From positions 71,764-135,763 of the forward strand of contig DASPQJ010000054.1 of NCBI GenBank assembly GCA_035625025.1: a DNA stretch of 64,000 bases. The letters run 5' to 3'. Of this stretch, positions 1 to 10,968 are shown in pieces. The notes under the pieces were generated by a model that worked only from the letters and a program-made list of their open reading frames with translations, made no database searches and had not been told where the DNA came from. The stretch comes from Acidimicrobiales bacterium. Its GTDB lineage: Bacteria > Actinomycetota > Acidimicrobiia > Acidimicrobiales > Bog-793. Each line of letters starts with the position of its first letter. Position 1 is the first letter of the stretch. Position numbers and translations under genes: made by a program.

Positions 1-1535
1 TCGGCAGAAAGATCGCCGGGGTCATGGACGATCCTCGTCCTACGGCTCTCGCCGAATCGCGTCTTCACGTCGGCGAGCTCGTCTGCGATCACTTCACGCA
101 GCTTCGTCTCCTCACCGAGGATCGCCTCAAGCTCGGCGATTGCCACCCTGAGCTCGACCGCCTCCGCATCCAGTTCGGCGCGTCCAAGACGCGTCAGACG
201 CCCGAGCGTCATGTCAAGAATGTGATTCGCCTGGTCCTCCGAGAACGAGAAGGGCTCCGCCTCGAGGTTGACACGCGCGTCGGCCCGGTCTTCCGACGCT
301 CGGATCGTCGCGATCACCGCGTCGAGCATGTCGATCGCGCGCAGCAGTCCTTCGACGATGTGGGCTCGGTCACGCGCCTTGCGAAGCCGAAACTTCGACC
401 GTCGCGTCACAACTTCGATCTGATGAGCCACATACGCACTGAGCGCTTGCGCGAGGTTAACGAGCCGCGGCACACCGTCGACGAGGGCCAGCATGTGCAC
501 CCCGAAACTCGTTTGCAGCTGCGTGAACTTGAACAGATTGTTAAGGACGACACTTGCGTTCGCGTCGCGCTTCAGCGTCACCACCAGTCGCGGCTCGCCG
601 CCAGCAGACAGGTTGTCAACAGCCGAGATGCCTGAAATCTCACCCGCCTCGATACTCTCGGCGATCTGTTTCTCGATAGTCTCCACAGCCGTCTGGTAGG
701 GAATCTCAGTAACAATGATCTGCGACACGCCATTCTTCAGCTCGGTTATCTCCGCGACAGCCCGTGTCTTTACCGAGCCCCGACCCATCCGATAGGCGTC
801 GAGGATCCCGGCACGTCCGAGGATGAGACCTCCCGTCGGAAAATCGGGACCTTTGACAAATTGCATCAGCTCGTCACAAGTCGCGCCCGGATGCTTAAGG
901 AGATGTCGCGTCGCGTCAATGACCTCGCCGAGGTTGTGCGGCGGGATGTTTGTCGCCATACCGACCGCGATCCCTTGGCAGCCGTTTACGAGCAGATTCG
1001 GGAACCGTGAAGGCAAGACGACCGGCTCCTCGTCGCTCCCGTCATAGTTGGGAACGAGATCGACGGTGTTCTCGTCGATCCCCTCCAAAAGGCTCATCGC
1101 GAGCGGTGCCAGCCGCGCTTCGGTGTAGCGCATCGCGGCGGGAAGCGCGTCGGGGCCTGGTGCCCCGAAGTCCCCATGTCCGTCGACGAGCGGATGGCGG
1201 AGGCTGAAGTCCTGGACCATGCGGGCCAAGGCGTCGTAGATCGCGGAGTCGCCGTGGGGGTGGAATCGTCCCATCACGTCCCCGACGACCTTCGCGCACT
1301 TCACGTGGGGCCGATCTGGTCGCAGCCCCGTGTCCCACATGCCATAAAGGATTCGCCGATGCACCGGCTTCATTCCGTCGCGCACATCCGGCAGGGCGCG
1401 AGCAACAATGACGGACATGGCGTACTCGAGATACGAACGCTCCATCTCCTCCTGGAACTCGATTGGTTCGATCGCGCCGCCCCCCGGCTCGTTCTCTACC
1501 GACCGAACTGCTGTCCCCGTCCTACGCGGTGCCAA
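1..1535 (-). CDS. gyrA: DNA gyrase subunit A (N-terminal ~510 codons; the 3' part runs off the window start)
   Basis: Absent from the ORF track because no stop lies inside the window. My minus-strand translation from TTG 1535-1533 gives [80 protein letters not shown] (catalytic Tyr motif). It lies directly downstream of gyrB. The TTG is the first start codon after the gyrB stop and has GGAAGG upstream, but the start is not certain. Confidence 0.93.
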   Translation of the reverse strand, partial: MAPRRTGTAVRSVENEPGGGAIEPIEFQEEMERSYLEYAMSVIVARALPDVRDGMKPVHRRILYGMWDTGLRPDRPHVKCAKVVGDVMGRFHPHGDSAIYDALARMVQDFSLRHPLVDGHGDFGAPGPDALPAAMRYTEARLAPLAMSLLEGIDENTVDLVPNYDGSDEEPVVLPSRFPNLLVNGCQGIAVGMATNIPPHNLGEVIDATRHLLKHPGATCDELMQFVKGPDFPTGGLILGRAGILDAYRMGRGSVKTRAVAEITELKNGVSQIIVTEIPYQTAVETIEKQIAESIEAGEISGISAVDNLSAGGEPRLVVTLKRDANASVVLNNLFKFTQLQTSFGVHMLALVDGVPRLVNLAQALSAYVAHQIEVVTRRSKFRLRKARDRAHIVEGLLRAIDMLDAVIATIRASEDRADARVNLEAEPFSFSEDQANHILDMTLGRLTRLGRAELDAEAVELRVAIAELEAILGEETKLREVIADELADVKTRFGESRRTRIVHDPGDLSA

Positions 1536-1596
1536 TCTCGGCCCTGCCTTCCGTTGTCGGCCACTCCGGCCACTTGACGCGTCTGCGCGCGATCCG

Positions 1597-3558
<1,962 letters not shown>

Positions 3559-3627
3559 TCAACTACGGCGATACCAGTTGGTCAGGCTTGCACGTCAAAT
3601 TCGACGTAACCCAACAATTTCCTCGGT

Positions 3628-4032
3628 TCAGTCTAGGCGCGATCCGCCGTTCACGTAGCCTTTCAGGTGCTCAATCGCTCGGTATCCGAGCTGGTCAGCG
3701 AGCCGATCGCAGATCGATTTCGATAAGAACGCGAGTTGTGTCGCCCACCCCGGATGATCGACCGTGATGACGAGTTCCGTGCCTCTCAACGACCTCGGCC
3801 GGGTGTGCGCGGCAACGTCGGCACCGACGACCTGGGGCCAGCAGGCAATGATGTCGGCGAAAACTCGCATACCAGAAAGTCCCTCGCTCGCCAGGTATTC
3901 GTCGACCGAAAGACCGATGCTCCGGGGCGCTTGAGGTTCTTCGTCACGCGGCCCCTTTGAACATCGCCGGCGTCTCTGGCGAGGCCGCAATGGGCCGGGC
4001 TGCCCGTCGATCGGCTCTCCTGAACCGTTCAT
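3628..4032 (-). CDS. DUF721/DciA-like protein (actinobacterial Rv0004-type putative helicase-loading factor)
   Basis: 134-aa ORF in the conserved slot between recF and gyrB. The core ..WPQVVGADVAAHTRPRSLRGTELVITVDHPGWATQLAFL.. fits the DUF721 pattern. Its ATG overlaps the recF stop as ATGA (4029-4032). Confidence 0.8.
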   Translation of the reverse strand: MNGSGEPIDGQPGPLRPRQRRRRCSKGPRDEEPQAPRSIGLSVDEYLASEGLSGMRVFADIIACWPQVVGADVAAHTRPRSLRGTELVITVDHPGWATQLAFLSKSICDRLADQLGYRAIEHLKGYVNGGSRLD

Positions 4033-5108
4033 GAGATGAACGCGCCTGTCGCGAGGCGCACCACTTTGGCCGGGCGAGCTCCCGACGGGACCGGCCCAGC
4101 GGTCGTAAGTACGGCCTGTCCCGGCGGAAGCTCGGCGAGAAGAGCCCAGGTTGTCGCCTCGTCGAGCTCAGAGAAAGCGTCGTCGAGCAACAACACGGGA
4201 CGGGAGCCAGCGGCCGCTGTCACCGCGCCGTGCGCCGCAAGTCGTAGGGCCAGCGTCGCACAGCGCTGGCGACCCTGGGAGAGTCGGGTTCTTGCGTCGA
4301 GGCCCCCGGCCGTAATGAGGATCTCGTCCCGCTGGGGGCCAATCGTCGTCATCCCCCTTCGCAGGTCCTCACGGCGAGAACGAAGGAGTGCTTCGTACAA
4401 GTCACCCGAGAATGACCTCTCATAGACGAGATGAAGCTCGTCGTGCCGACGCGTGAGGTTGCAGAACGCCTGGGATGCAAGCGGTTCTAACTCGCCGAGA
4501 AAAGCTTCGCGCGCTTCGATGAGTTTGCCGCCGGCTGTCGCGAGCTTCTCGTCCCAGACGTCCAGTGTCGCCAAAAGCTCGGGGGACGCGATCCCCCCTG
4601 ACTGCCGCAGGAGGGTGGAACGTTGTCGGAGAATCCGCTCCACGGTCTGACGTACGACACCTTTGGAGGGCTGGGCCGCGACGAGAGCATCATCGAGATA
4701 GTCCCTGCGCTCCTGGGGTCCACTCTTCACAACCACAAGGTCGTCCGGGGTGAATACTGATACGCGCAGTGTTTCCATCAACTCCTGCGCCCCTCTCACC
4801 CGCCTACGATTCAACAACGCGCGATCACGTCGCTTCGGAGCAATTTCGACCTCGATGAGGGACCGCCGCTCCTGTTCGATACACTCCAAACGGACGATCG
4901 CTTCCTTCGCGTCAGAATTCACAAGTGATTCCCGTGGGCTCCCACGAAACGATGACAGCCTGCAGCCATAAGCCAAGGCCTCGAGAAGACTTGTTTTCCC
5001 CGCGCCGTTCTCGCCACTTACCACAGTAAGGCCCTCTCGATCTGGCTCAAACCTCACATCAACCAGATTACGAAATTGCCTGACCTCCAGCCACGTGACG
5101 TAGCTCAG
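4029..5108 (-). CDS. recF: DNA replication/repair protein RecF
   Basis: Walker A GENGAGKTSLLEAL and the conserved position after dnaN. The ORF track starts at GTG 5057, but the conserved N-terminus (SYVTWLEVRQFRNL) lies upstream of it. The only plausible initiator is CTG 5108-5106, which overlaps the dnaN stop (see findings). Confidence 0.93.
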   Translation of the reverse strand: MSYVTWLEVRQFRNLVDVRFEPDREGLTVVSGENGAGKTSLLEALAYGCRLSSFRGSPRESLVNSDAKEAIVRLECIEQERRSLIEVEIAPKRRDRALLNRRRVRGAQELMETLRVSVFTPDDLVVVKSGPQERRDYLDDALVAAQPSKGVVRQTVERILRQRSTLLRQSGGIASPELLATLDVWDEKLATAGGKLIEAREAFLGELEPLASQAFCNLTRRHDELHLVYERSFSGDLYEALLRSRREDLRRGMTTIGPQRDEILITAGGLDARTRLSQGRQRCATLALRLAAHGAVTAAAGSRPVLLLDDAFSELDEATTWALLAELPPGQAVLTTAGPVPSGARPAKVVRLATGAFIS

Positions 5109-6232
5109 GACACCCGCACCGGCATCAAAAGATACCGATAATCATCCTCGTTCTCACCCCGTATGGTCGCGGGCTTCGAAGAATCGATTACCTCAAGAAT
5201 AACCGTCTCCGCTCGAATAGCTTCAATCCCATCGAGCAAGTAGTTCGGATTGAAAGCGACCACAAGCTCGTCCCCGCTGAATTCTCCGTCCAGACGTTCC
5301 GCAGCCCGACCGCTTTCCGCCGTGAGAACCGTAAGTTCGGCGCCGTCAGTTTCGAACGCCATGCGCACCGGTGTTGCCACATCTTTCGCGTCTCGTACCA
5401 TCAACCGCACCCGTCGCAGCGCGGAGGCGAACTCTTCCCGGGGAACGCGAAAAGCGTTCGGGTAGGACGCGGGAAGCAGCCGTTTGTAATCAGGAAATGG
5501 ACCTTTCAGAAGGCGGGTCGTCACTCGAACATTGCGGACCTCGAAAACTGCATCAAGATCGGTGCAGCGGAAGGTGAGTTCCGCGTCACGATCGTGTGCC
5601 CCATCACCAATAGCAAGTCGTTGGACTTCTGCCAAGGCCCGTGCGGGGATGAGAACTTCTGCCGCTGTTGCAAAAGCACTCATACCCTTCAGATCCCGAA
5701 ATGCCAACCGGTAGGAATCCGTCGCAACAAGACGCAATCCGTCTTCCACAGCAACCATCAGGACACCAGTAAGCTGCGGCGCTCGACTGTCATCCGTCAG
5801 TGCGGCCGGAACGACCTGACGCAACCCCTCTGCGAAGGGACCCGCTGGTAACCGGATCTTCTCAGCATCACCTGGAACAACCCTTCTCACCTCAGCTCCA
5901 ACGGGAACACGGACGACAAATTCGGCCCGGCCCGAAGTAATCCGCACCTCCTGTTCGTTTCCGTCAAAGCTCACCATCCCCAAATCAAACGACCGGACAA
6001 TATCTGTCGTCAGCCGAGCCGGCAGCAGAACTACACCATCCTCTTCGCCACTCACCGTGTGCGTGACCTCGATCACAAGATCCGGATCCGCACCGGTAGC
6101 CTCCAAGCTGTCCCCCCGCAGCGCCAAGCGCACACTCTGCGCGCCGACACCAGCTCCAATACGCGCTACGCCCGCCCGACCCGCGGTTACCAATACCTCA
6201 AGGAGACCCTCGCGTTCGGTATGAAATCTCAC
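5105..6232 (-). CDS. dnaN: DNA polymerase III beta sliding clamp
   Basis: 375-aa ORF of three-domain clamp length, directly downstream of dnaA/oriC and upstream of recF. The C-terminus ..YRYLLMPVRVS is typical of DnaN. Confidence 0.96.
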   Translation of the reverse strand: MRFHTEREGLLEVLVTAGRAGVARIGAGVGAQSVRLALRGDSLEATGADPDLVIEVTHTVSGEEDGVVLLPARLTTDIVRSFDLGMVSFDGNEQEVRITSGRAEFVVRVPVGAEVRRVVPGDAEKIRLPAGPFAEGLRQVVPAALTDDSRAPQLTGVLMVAVEDGLRLVATDSYRLAFRDLKGMSAFATAAEVLIPARALAEVQRLAIGDGAHDRDAELTFRCTDLDAVFEVRNVRVTTRLLKGPFPDYKRLLPASYPNAFRVPREEFASALRRVRLMVRDAKDVATPVRMAFETDGAELTVLTAESGRAAERLDGEFSGDELVVAFNPNYLLDGIEAIRAETVILEVIDSSKPATIRGENEDDYRYLLMPVRVS

Positions 6233-6473
6233 CGTTCGTGCGCCCCCTTTGTCCTTAGTTTCTTAAGTACGACTCTAATAGTAATAGTGTCTGTGAATTG
6301 TGGACGGTGTACTGCAAGTCCAGCATGGCGCGTCGATAATGTCACACTCGTCCTCCACGGGCGTGCACAGGACGAGAGATTTCGGGAAAGAACATTGTGC
6401 AGAACGGCTCATCAATCAACAGGAGAAGGATCATTATCCCCAACATATTGGATTGGGTGTGCACAAGTTAGCT
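6233..6473. other. oriC: Candidate chromosomal origin oriC (dnaA-dnaN spacer with an AT-rich unwinding element and DnaA-box-like 9-mers)
   Basis: The locally AT-rich stretch 6251-6300 (gtccttagtttcttaagtacgactctaatagtaatagtgtctgtgaattg) stands out in an otherwise GC-rich window. DnaA-box-like 9-mers are TGTGGACGG 6299-6307, TTGTGCAGA 6395-6403, TTATCCCCA 6434-6442 and TGTGCACAA 6458-6466 (TTGTGCACA on the other strand). The dnaA-dnaN spacer is the usual oriC location in Actinomycetota. Confidence 0.7.
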
Positions 6474-7865
6474 CTAGTTGTTCGGCCCGTGCCCGTTACG
6501 GATCTGGACGGTGAGTTCCGTGACCTGTTCGTAGATTTGGCGCCGCTCCTTCATTAGGCGAGAGATTTTGTCGTAAGCATGAATTACAGTCGTGTGATCA
6601 CGGCCACCGAACTCCCGCGCGATGGCGGGATACGAGAAATCAGTAAGGGTTCGGAAGAGGTACATACCGATTTGTCGGGCGATGACGAGTGGTCGACGGC
6701 GACTGGCGCTGCAGAGCTCCTGGATAGTGAAACCAAAGTGATCAGCGGTCATTTCCAGGATTTGCTGACCGGTGATTCGACGTGGCTGGTGGTCAGCAAC
6801 GAGGTCGGCGAGGATTCGCTCGGCAGTTTCTCGAGTGAGACGTTCTCGAGTGAGGCTCGCGTAGGCCGTGACGCGAATGAGCGCGCCCTCCAATTCTCTG
6901 ATGTTGTCGGTAACGATGCTGGCCAGGAATTCGAGGACGTCATCGTCGACGACGAGACGCTCGTGATGAGCTTTGGTACGCAAAATCGCAATACGGGTTT
7001 CAAGCTCTGGAGGGTTGATTTCAGTGATCAGGCCGGACATGAAACGACTGCGCAGACGAGTTTCCAACGTCTTGATAGAGCCAGGCGGGCGGTCCGAAGT
7101 GATGACGAGCTGCTTGCCGGCCTCATGGAGGGTATTGAAGGTATGGAAGAATTCCTCTTGGAGGCTTTCTTTGCCTTCCAGGACCTGGATGTCGTCGACC
7201 AGGAGGACATCGCACTCGCGGTACCGGCGCTTGAAAGCGGGCATCGATACGGCCCGCACCGACTCGACGAACTCGTTCAGGAACGTCTCGGTCGGTACAT
7301 AGCGCACGTCGTAACGTGGGAAGTTCTCGTTGACATAGTTCCGGATGGCCTGCAAAAGGTGGGTCTTGCCGAGACCAGCGCCGCCGATGATGAACAAAGG
7401 GTTGTAAGCGCTACCGGGCGATTCGGCGACGGACAGCGCAGCGGCGTGCGCGAAGCGGTTGGACGGTCCGATGACGAAGCCGTCGAAGGTGTAGCGACGA
7501 GACGGGCTGAGCAGCTCGTGAACAGGCTCGTCGACGATAGCGGTGGCTCTGTCGACAACGACTTCCTCGTCGGCGGCGAGATTTCTCGTCCCAGGGTCTT
7601 CGCCGTCTGACGCACCGTCCGGCGTGACGTCGAAACGGATCGGAAACTCCGTTCCGCAGACATCGATGACCGCGGCGCGCACGACGCCGGCGAATCGCGT
7701 CTCAAGACGTTCTCTGACGAGGGCGTTGGGAACGTTCAGGACGAAAGTCCCGTTGAGCAGACCGACCGGATGGACACCGGAGAACCAGGTGTGCCAGACG
7801 GCATCAGAGACCTGGGACTGGATGGCGCCGGCACAGCCGTCCCAAAGTTGTTCAGCGTCGAGCAA
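6474..7865 (-). CDS. dnaA: Chromosomal replication initiator DnaA
   Basis: Walker A GGAGLGKTHLLQAI and the C-terminal DNA-binding signature ..GGRDHTTVIHAYDKI... The 612-aa track ORF is over-extended. The homologous N-terminus (LDAEQLWDGCAGAIQSQVSDAVWHTWF) begins at TTG 7865-7863, preceded by GGAAGG. GTG 7895 is an alternative start. Confidence 0.95.
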   Translation of the reverse strand: MLDAEQLWDGCAGAIQSQVSDAVWHTWFSGVHPVGLLNGTFVLNVPNALVRERLETRFAGVVRAAVIDVCGTEFPIRFDVTPDGASDGEDPGTRNLAADEEVVVDRATAIVDEPVHELLSPSRRYTFDGFVIGPSNRFAHAAALSVAESPGSAYNPLFIIGGAGLGKTHLLQAIRNYVNENFPRYDVRYVPTETFLNEFVESVRAVSMPAFKRRYRECDVLLVDDIQVLEGKESLQEEFFHTFNTLHEAGKQLVITSDRPPGSIKTLETRLRSRFMSGLITEINPPELETRIAILRTKAHHERLVVDDDVLEFLASIVTDNIRELEGALIRVTAYASLTRERLTRETAERILADLVADHQPRRITGQQILEMTADHFGFTIQELCSASRRRPLVIARQIGMYLFRTLTDFSYPAIAREFGGRDHTTVIHAYDKISRLMKERRQIYEQVTELTVQIRNGHGPNN

Positions 7866-7887
7866 CGTTGTGCGCCTTCCAGGTAAG

Positions 7888-7918
7888 TTCTCCACAGGGG
7901 GTCCACATCTGTGGATTA
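7888..7918. promoter_or_regulatory. Cluster of three DnaA-box-like 9-mers upstream of dnaA (autoregulatory or origin-flanking site)
   Basis: TTCTCCACA 7888-7896, GGGTCCACA 7899-7907 and the inverted TGTGGATTA 7910-7918, all in the rpmH/dnaA divergent spacer. Confidence 0.5.
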
Positions 7919-8059
7919 CGCAACAGACACCTGACACCTGGGCCCTTCGCCGAGCATCGTATAGCGCGCCCGGAGGGATCGCTCCGGGCGCGACGGGATT
8001 TTGACACGAACGTGCCGTAGTGAGCGCGCTAGCATGTGCGGTTCTGATTAAGGGGTTCG

Positions 8060-8194
8060 ATGAAGCGGACGTTTCAGCCAAACAACGCCAAAAGAGCCAA
8101 GCGGCACGGTTTCCGTCATCGCATGTCGACACGGGGCGGCCGCGCCGTGCTAAAGGCCCGCCGTCGTCGCGGCCGGGTACGTCTCTCGGCTTGA
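8060..8194 (+). CDS. rpmH: 50S ribosomal protein L34
   Basis: Too short for the ORF track. My translation is [44 protein letters not shown] followed by a stop. This is a textbook L34, divergent from dnaA. Confidence 0.97.
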   Translation: MKRTFQPNNAKRAKRHGFRHRMSTRGGRAVLKARRRRGRVRLSA

Positions 8195-8535
8195 CCGGGC
8201 GCCCCGCGCGGGTGCGCAAGCGCAAGACACTCCTCGCGCTCGTCGCAAGTTGCCAGCAATCTCGCAGCGGTCCGGTCACGGTACACTTCCTCCCGTCGGA
8301 CGGTGATCGCAACGAGGTTTGTGTCGCGTACGCGATTGGCCGGCACGTTGGCGGAGCCGTCGTTCGTAACCGTTGGCGCCGTCGACTGCGTGTGATCGCG
8401 GCCGAGATCTCACCGGAAATTGCCTGCGGGGCCTACCTAATCGGGCTCGGTCGTGGGGTTGTCGATCTGCGTTTTGACGAGTTGAGAGGACGGGTGATCG
8501 AGACGATGCGACGGGCGAGCGGAGAGCCCCGATGA
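8191..8535 (+). CDS. rnpA: Ribonuclease P protein component
   Basis: This is the second half of the 8020..8535 track ORF: ..[39 protein letters not shown]... It follows rpmH immediately. The start is either TTG 8191 (overlapping the rpmH stop) or GTG 8212. Confidence 0.85.
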   Translation: MTGRPARVRKRKTLLALVASCQQSRSGPVTVHFLPSDGDRNEVCVAYAIGRHVGGAVVRNRWRRRLRVIAAEISPEIACGAYLIGLGRGVVDLRFDELRGRVIETMRRASGEPR

Positions 8536-8762
8536 AAAAGGCCACGTCGGCTACGCGTGTGGTTCTTGTCGGTGTGATCCGCATCTACCAGGCCGTCCGG
8601 TTCAATCGACTGTCTCCGTGTCGGTTCGTGCCGTCGTGTTCGGAGTACGCGGCCGAGGCGATCACGACGCACGGCGCTCTCCGGGGTAGCTGGCTCGCCC
8701 TTCGACGACTTGGGCGTTGCCGTCCGGCCGGTGGGCGAGGTTTCGACCCGGTCCCGGGGTGA
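8532..8762 (+). CDS. yidD: Membrane protein insertion efficiency factor YidD
   Basis: 76-aa ORF with the conserved [11 protein letters not shown] motif. Its start overlaps the rnpA stop as ATGA. Confidence 0.93.
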   Translation: MKKATSATRVVLVGVIRIYQAVRFNRLSPCRFVPSCSEYAAEAITTHGALRGSWLALRRLGRCRPAGGRGFDPVPG

Positions 8763-8771
8763 GGGAACACT

Positions 8772-9947
8772 GTGCTGCTCGCCTCATCTATAGGAGAGAT
8801 CGCTCACCCATTCTTCATCGTTTTCGCTTGGCTGATCGAGCGGTTCTACAGTCTCGTCCCCAACTACGCGGTCGCGATCGGGTTGTTGACGATCGTCGTC
8901 ATGATCGTCGTGTTTCCCATCACCCGCCGGGCGACACGCTCGATGATGAAGATGCAACTTCTTGCACCAGAACTGAAGAAGATTCAGACACGCTACAAGG
9001 TTCCTCCGGGAACTCCGCTCGCGGAACGCCAGGAAGCCCGTCAGCGACTGAACGAAGAGATGATGGCGCTCTATCGGGAGAACAATGTCAGCCCGACCGG
9101 CGGATGCTTGCCGATGCTCCTGCAGCTCCCGATCTTCTGGATTCTCTACGGCACAATTCGTGGCCTCATCCACCTGAAGACGTTCCCGACGGTCGCCGCA
9201 GCTCGAGCCTGGTGCAAACACCCGGTTTCCGCCAAGGCATGTGTGCAACCGCTCTACATCAGCCACTCGTCGAGCCTGTTCCACGCGGTCATTCGTGCCA
9301 ACGGCAAGCTGATGGCCTTCGGCATCAACATGGCCGACTCAGTCCGCTCCGCAGGGCTTTCCTGGGGGGAGAAGGCACCGCTCATCGCACTGATCCTTAT
9401 CGCGATCGCGCTGCAATACATCCAGATCAAGCAAGTGAGCGGGCGGAACGCCGCGGCCGCGGCCGCGAATCCGCAGATGCAGCAGATGCAGAAGATCATG
9501 CCGATCATCTTCGCAGTGATCTACATCGCGATCCCCGCCGGGGTGAACGTGTACTTCATCGTGTCGAGCCTGTTTCGCATCGGACAGCAGGAATACATGT
9601 ATCGACGGGATCCGCACATTCGCGAGTCGTTGTCGAGACTGAACGCGCGCGTCAAAGCCGGACCGGCAGTAGTTCCGACCGAAGGTCGAGAGCAACGCCC
9701 GAAGGGGTTCTTCGAGCGGTTGCTCACGCCTCCGGCACTCCAGGCCGGGGGGGAGGCAGAGCCAACGCGGGAGCGAGCGCTACGGAGCAGCGGGAACGGC
9801 GCGGCATCGCCGTCGAGTGCCCAAACGTCGGACAGGCGGCTCGCAGGCGCGCCGCGACCGATTCCGCAGGGCGGTCGTGGCCCGGGCGGCTCACCTCGTC
9901 GGCCGCAGTCCCGCGCCCGCAGCAAACGACCCCGGAAGCGGCGCTGA
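8772..9947 (+). CDS. yidC: Membrane protein insertase YidC/Oxa1 family
   Basis: 391-aa ORF with multiple TM segments, the conserved region ..MKMQLLAPELKKIQTRYK.. and ..GGCLPMLLQLPIFW.., and a basic C-terminal tail. It holds the canonical position after yidD. Confidence 0.93.
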   Translation: MLLASSIGEIAHPFFIVFAWLIERFYSLVPNYAVAIGLLTIVVMIVVFPITRRATRSMMKMQLLAPELKKIQTRYKVPPGTPLAERQEARQRLNEEMMALYRENNVSPTGGCLPMLLQLPIFWILYGTIRGLIHLKTFPTVAAARAWCKHPVSAKACVQPLYISHSSSLFHAVIRANGKLMAFGINMADSVRSAGLSWGEKAPLIALILIAIALQYIQIKQVSGRNAAAAAANPQMQQMQKIMPIIFAVIYIAIPAGVNVYFIVSSLFRIGQQEYMYRRDPHIRESLSRLNARVKAGPAVVPTEGREQRPKGFFERLLTPPALQAGGEAEPTRERALRSSGNGAASPSSAQTSDRRLAGAPRPIPQGGRGPGGSPRRPQSRARSKRPRKRR

Positions 9948-9949
9948 GG

Positions 9950-10933
9950 ATGGAATGGATCGAGACGACCGGGAGGACCGTTGCTGAGGCGCTCGACGCC
10001 GCGCTCGACGAGCTTGGAGTGGACGAGCAGGACGTCGAGGTGGTCATCGTCGCCGAAGCTAAGTCCGGGTTGTTCGGGTTCGGTCGCAGCGACGCGCATA
10101 TCCGTGCTCGCGTTCGTCCGTCGCGACCGCGACCGAAGCGATCCCAACGTGATCGGGTCCGGGGATCCCGCGGGGGCCAAGCCGGGCCCGAGGGGTCACG
10201 ACGCGAGCTCGACCGGGGCAGAGCAGGGACGTCGAGGGCATCGAGAGCAGGCCGCAGCGCCAGGGCGAAGTCGGCGAACCAGCCTGGGGCGGAGGAAGGG
10301 CCTCGGCCCGAGATCGTGGAGTCCGTTTCCGCCCAGGCCGCGGCGAAGCGTGGGAGACGCCGGCGAGGGGGCCGTGGTCGAGCGAGCGCACGGGGCGAAC
10401 CAGCCGCACGGCTGGAAGCCGGGGGTGAGGAGGAAGCGATGACCGTCGAAGAGCAGGTCGATCTGGTGGGAACGTTCGTGCGCGGGGTGGTCGAACGGTT
10501 CGGATACGAAGCGACGACAACGACGCGGGTTGAGGACGACCGTCTCTATGTCGACGTGACAGGCGAGGATCTTGGCCTGCTGATCGGCCCTCGAGGGTCG
10601 ACGCTCGACGCGTTGCAGGAGCTTGCCCGCACCGTCGTGCAGCGGCGCGGAGACGAACGAGCCCTGCGCGTCGTCGTGGACGTCGCCGGCTTCCGGGCTC
10701 GGCGGGCCGTGGCGCTCGAGGCTTTCACCCGACGCCGGGCGGCGGAGGTGTTGGAGACGGGGATCGCCGAGGCCCTGGAGCCGATGTCGGCAGCGGACCG
10801 GAAGATCGTCCACGACACCGTGAGCTCGATCGAAGGTTTGGAAACCGGCTCGGAGGGGATCGAGCCAAAGCGGTACGTCGTCATCCGGCCCGCGGCCGAG
10901 AGCGAGTCGAGACGCGGTCCGGACGAGAACTGA
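9950..10933 (+). CDS. jag: Jag/SpoIIIJ-associated RNA-binding protein (Jag_N + KH + R3H)
   Basis: This is the last 327 codons of the 738-aa composite track ORF. It has MEWIETTGRTVAEALDAALDELGV (Jag_N), LLIGPRGSTLDALQ (KH GXXG) and EPMSAADRKIVHDTV (R3H). An Arg/Gly-rich linker separates the domains. Confidence 0.9.
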   Translation: MEWIETTGRTVAEALDAALDELGVDEQDVEVVIVAEAKSGLFGFGRSDAHIRARVRPSRPRPKRSQRDRVRGSRGGQAGPEGSRRELDRGRAGTSRASRAGRSARAKSANQPGAEEGPRPEIVESVSAQAAAKRGRRRRGGRGRASARGEPAARLEAGGEEEAMTVEEQVDLVGTFVRGVVERFGYEATTTTRVEDDRLYVDVTGEDLGLLIGPRGSTLDALQELARTVVQRRGDERALRVVVDVAGFRARRAVALEAFTRRRAAEVLETGIAEALEPMSAADRKIVHDTVSSIEGLETGSEGIEPKRYVVIRPAAESESRRGPDEN

Positions 10934-10968
10934 CGTTCCCCGGCGCTTGCGCTCTCGGGCGCAGCGGT

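Noticed and set aside
24-635. 203-aa plus-strand ORF at the window start, with other short plus-strand ORFs up to ~1577
   Set aside because: It is antisense to the unmistakable gyrA reading frame on the minus strand. Its Arg/Asp/His-rich composition is typical of shadow ORFs in high-GC DNA.
6579-7610. 343-aa plus-strand ORF
   Set aside because: It is antisense to dnaA, has no recognisable motifs and is acid-rich shadow sequence.
7866-8312. The N-terminal 149 codons of the 612-aa dnaA track ORF
   Set aside because: This part has no similarity to DnaA domain I, which starts at ..LDAEQLWDG... It runs through the DnaA-box cluster and overlaps rpmH and rnpA on the opposite strand, so it is an over-extension to the farthest start codon.
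8717-9949. The first 411 codons of the 738-aa plus-strand ORF 8717..10933
   Set aside because: This part is out of frame over yidC, whose own frame shows clear YidC motifs and TM helices. Only the last 327 codons (Jag) are real.
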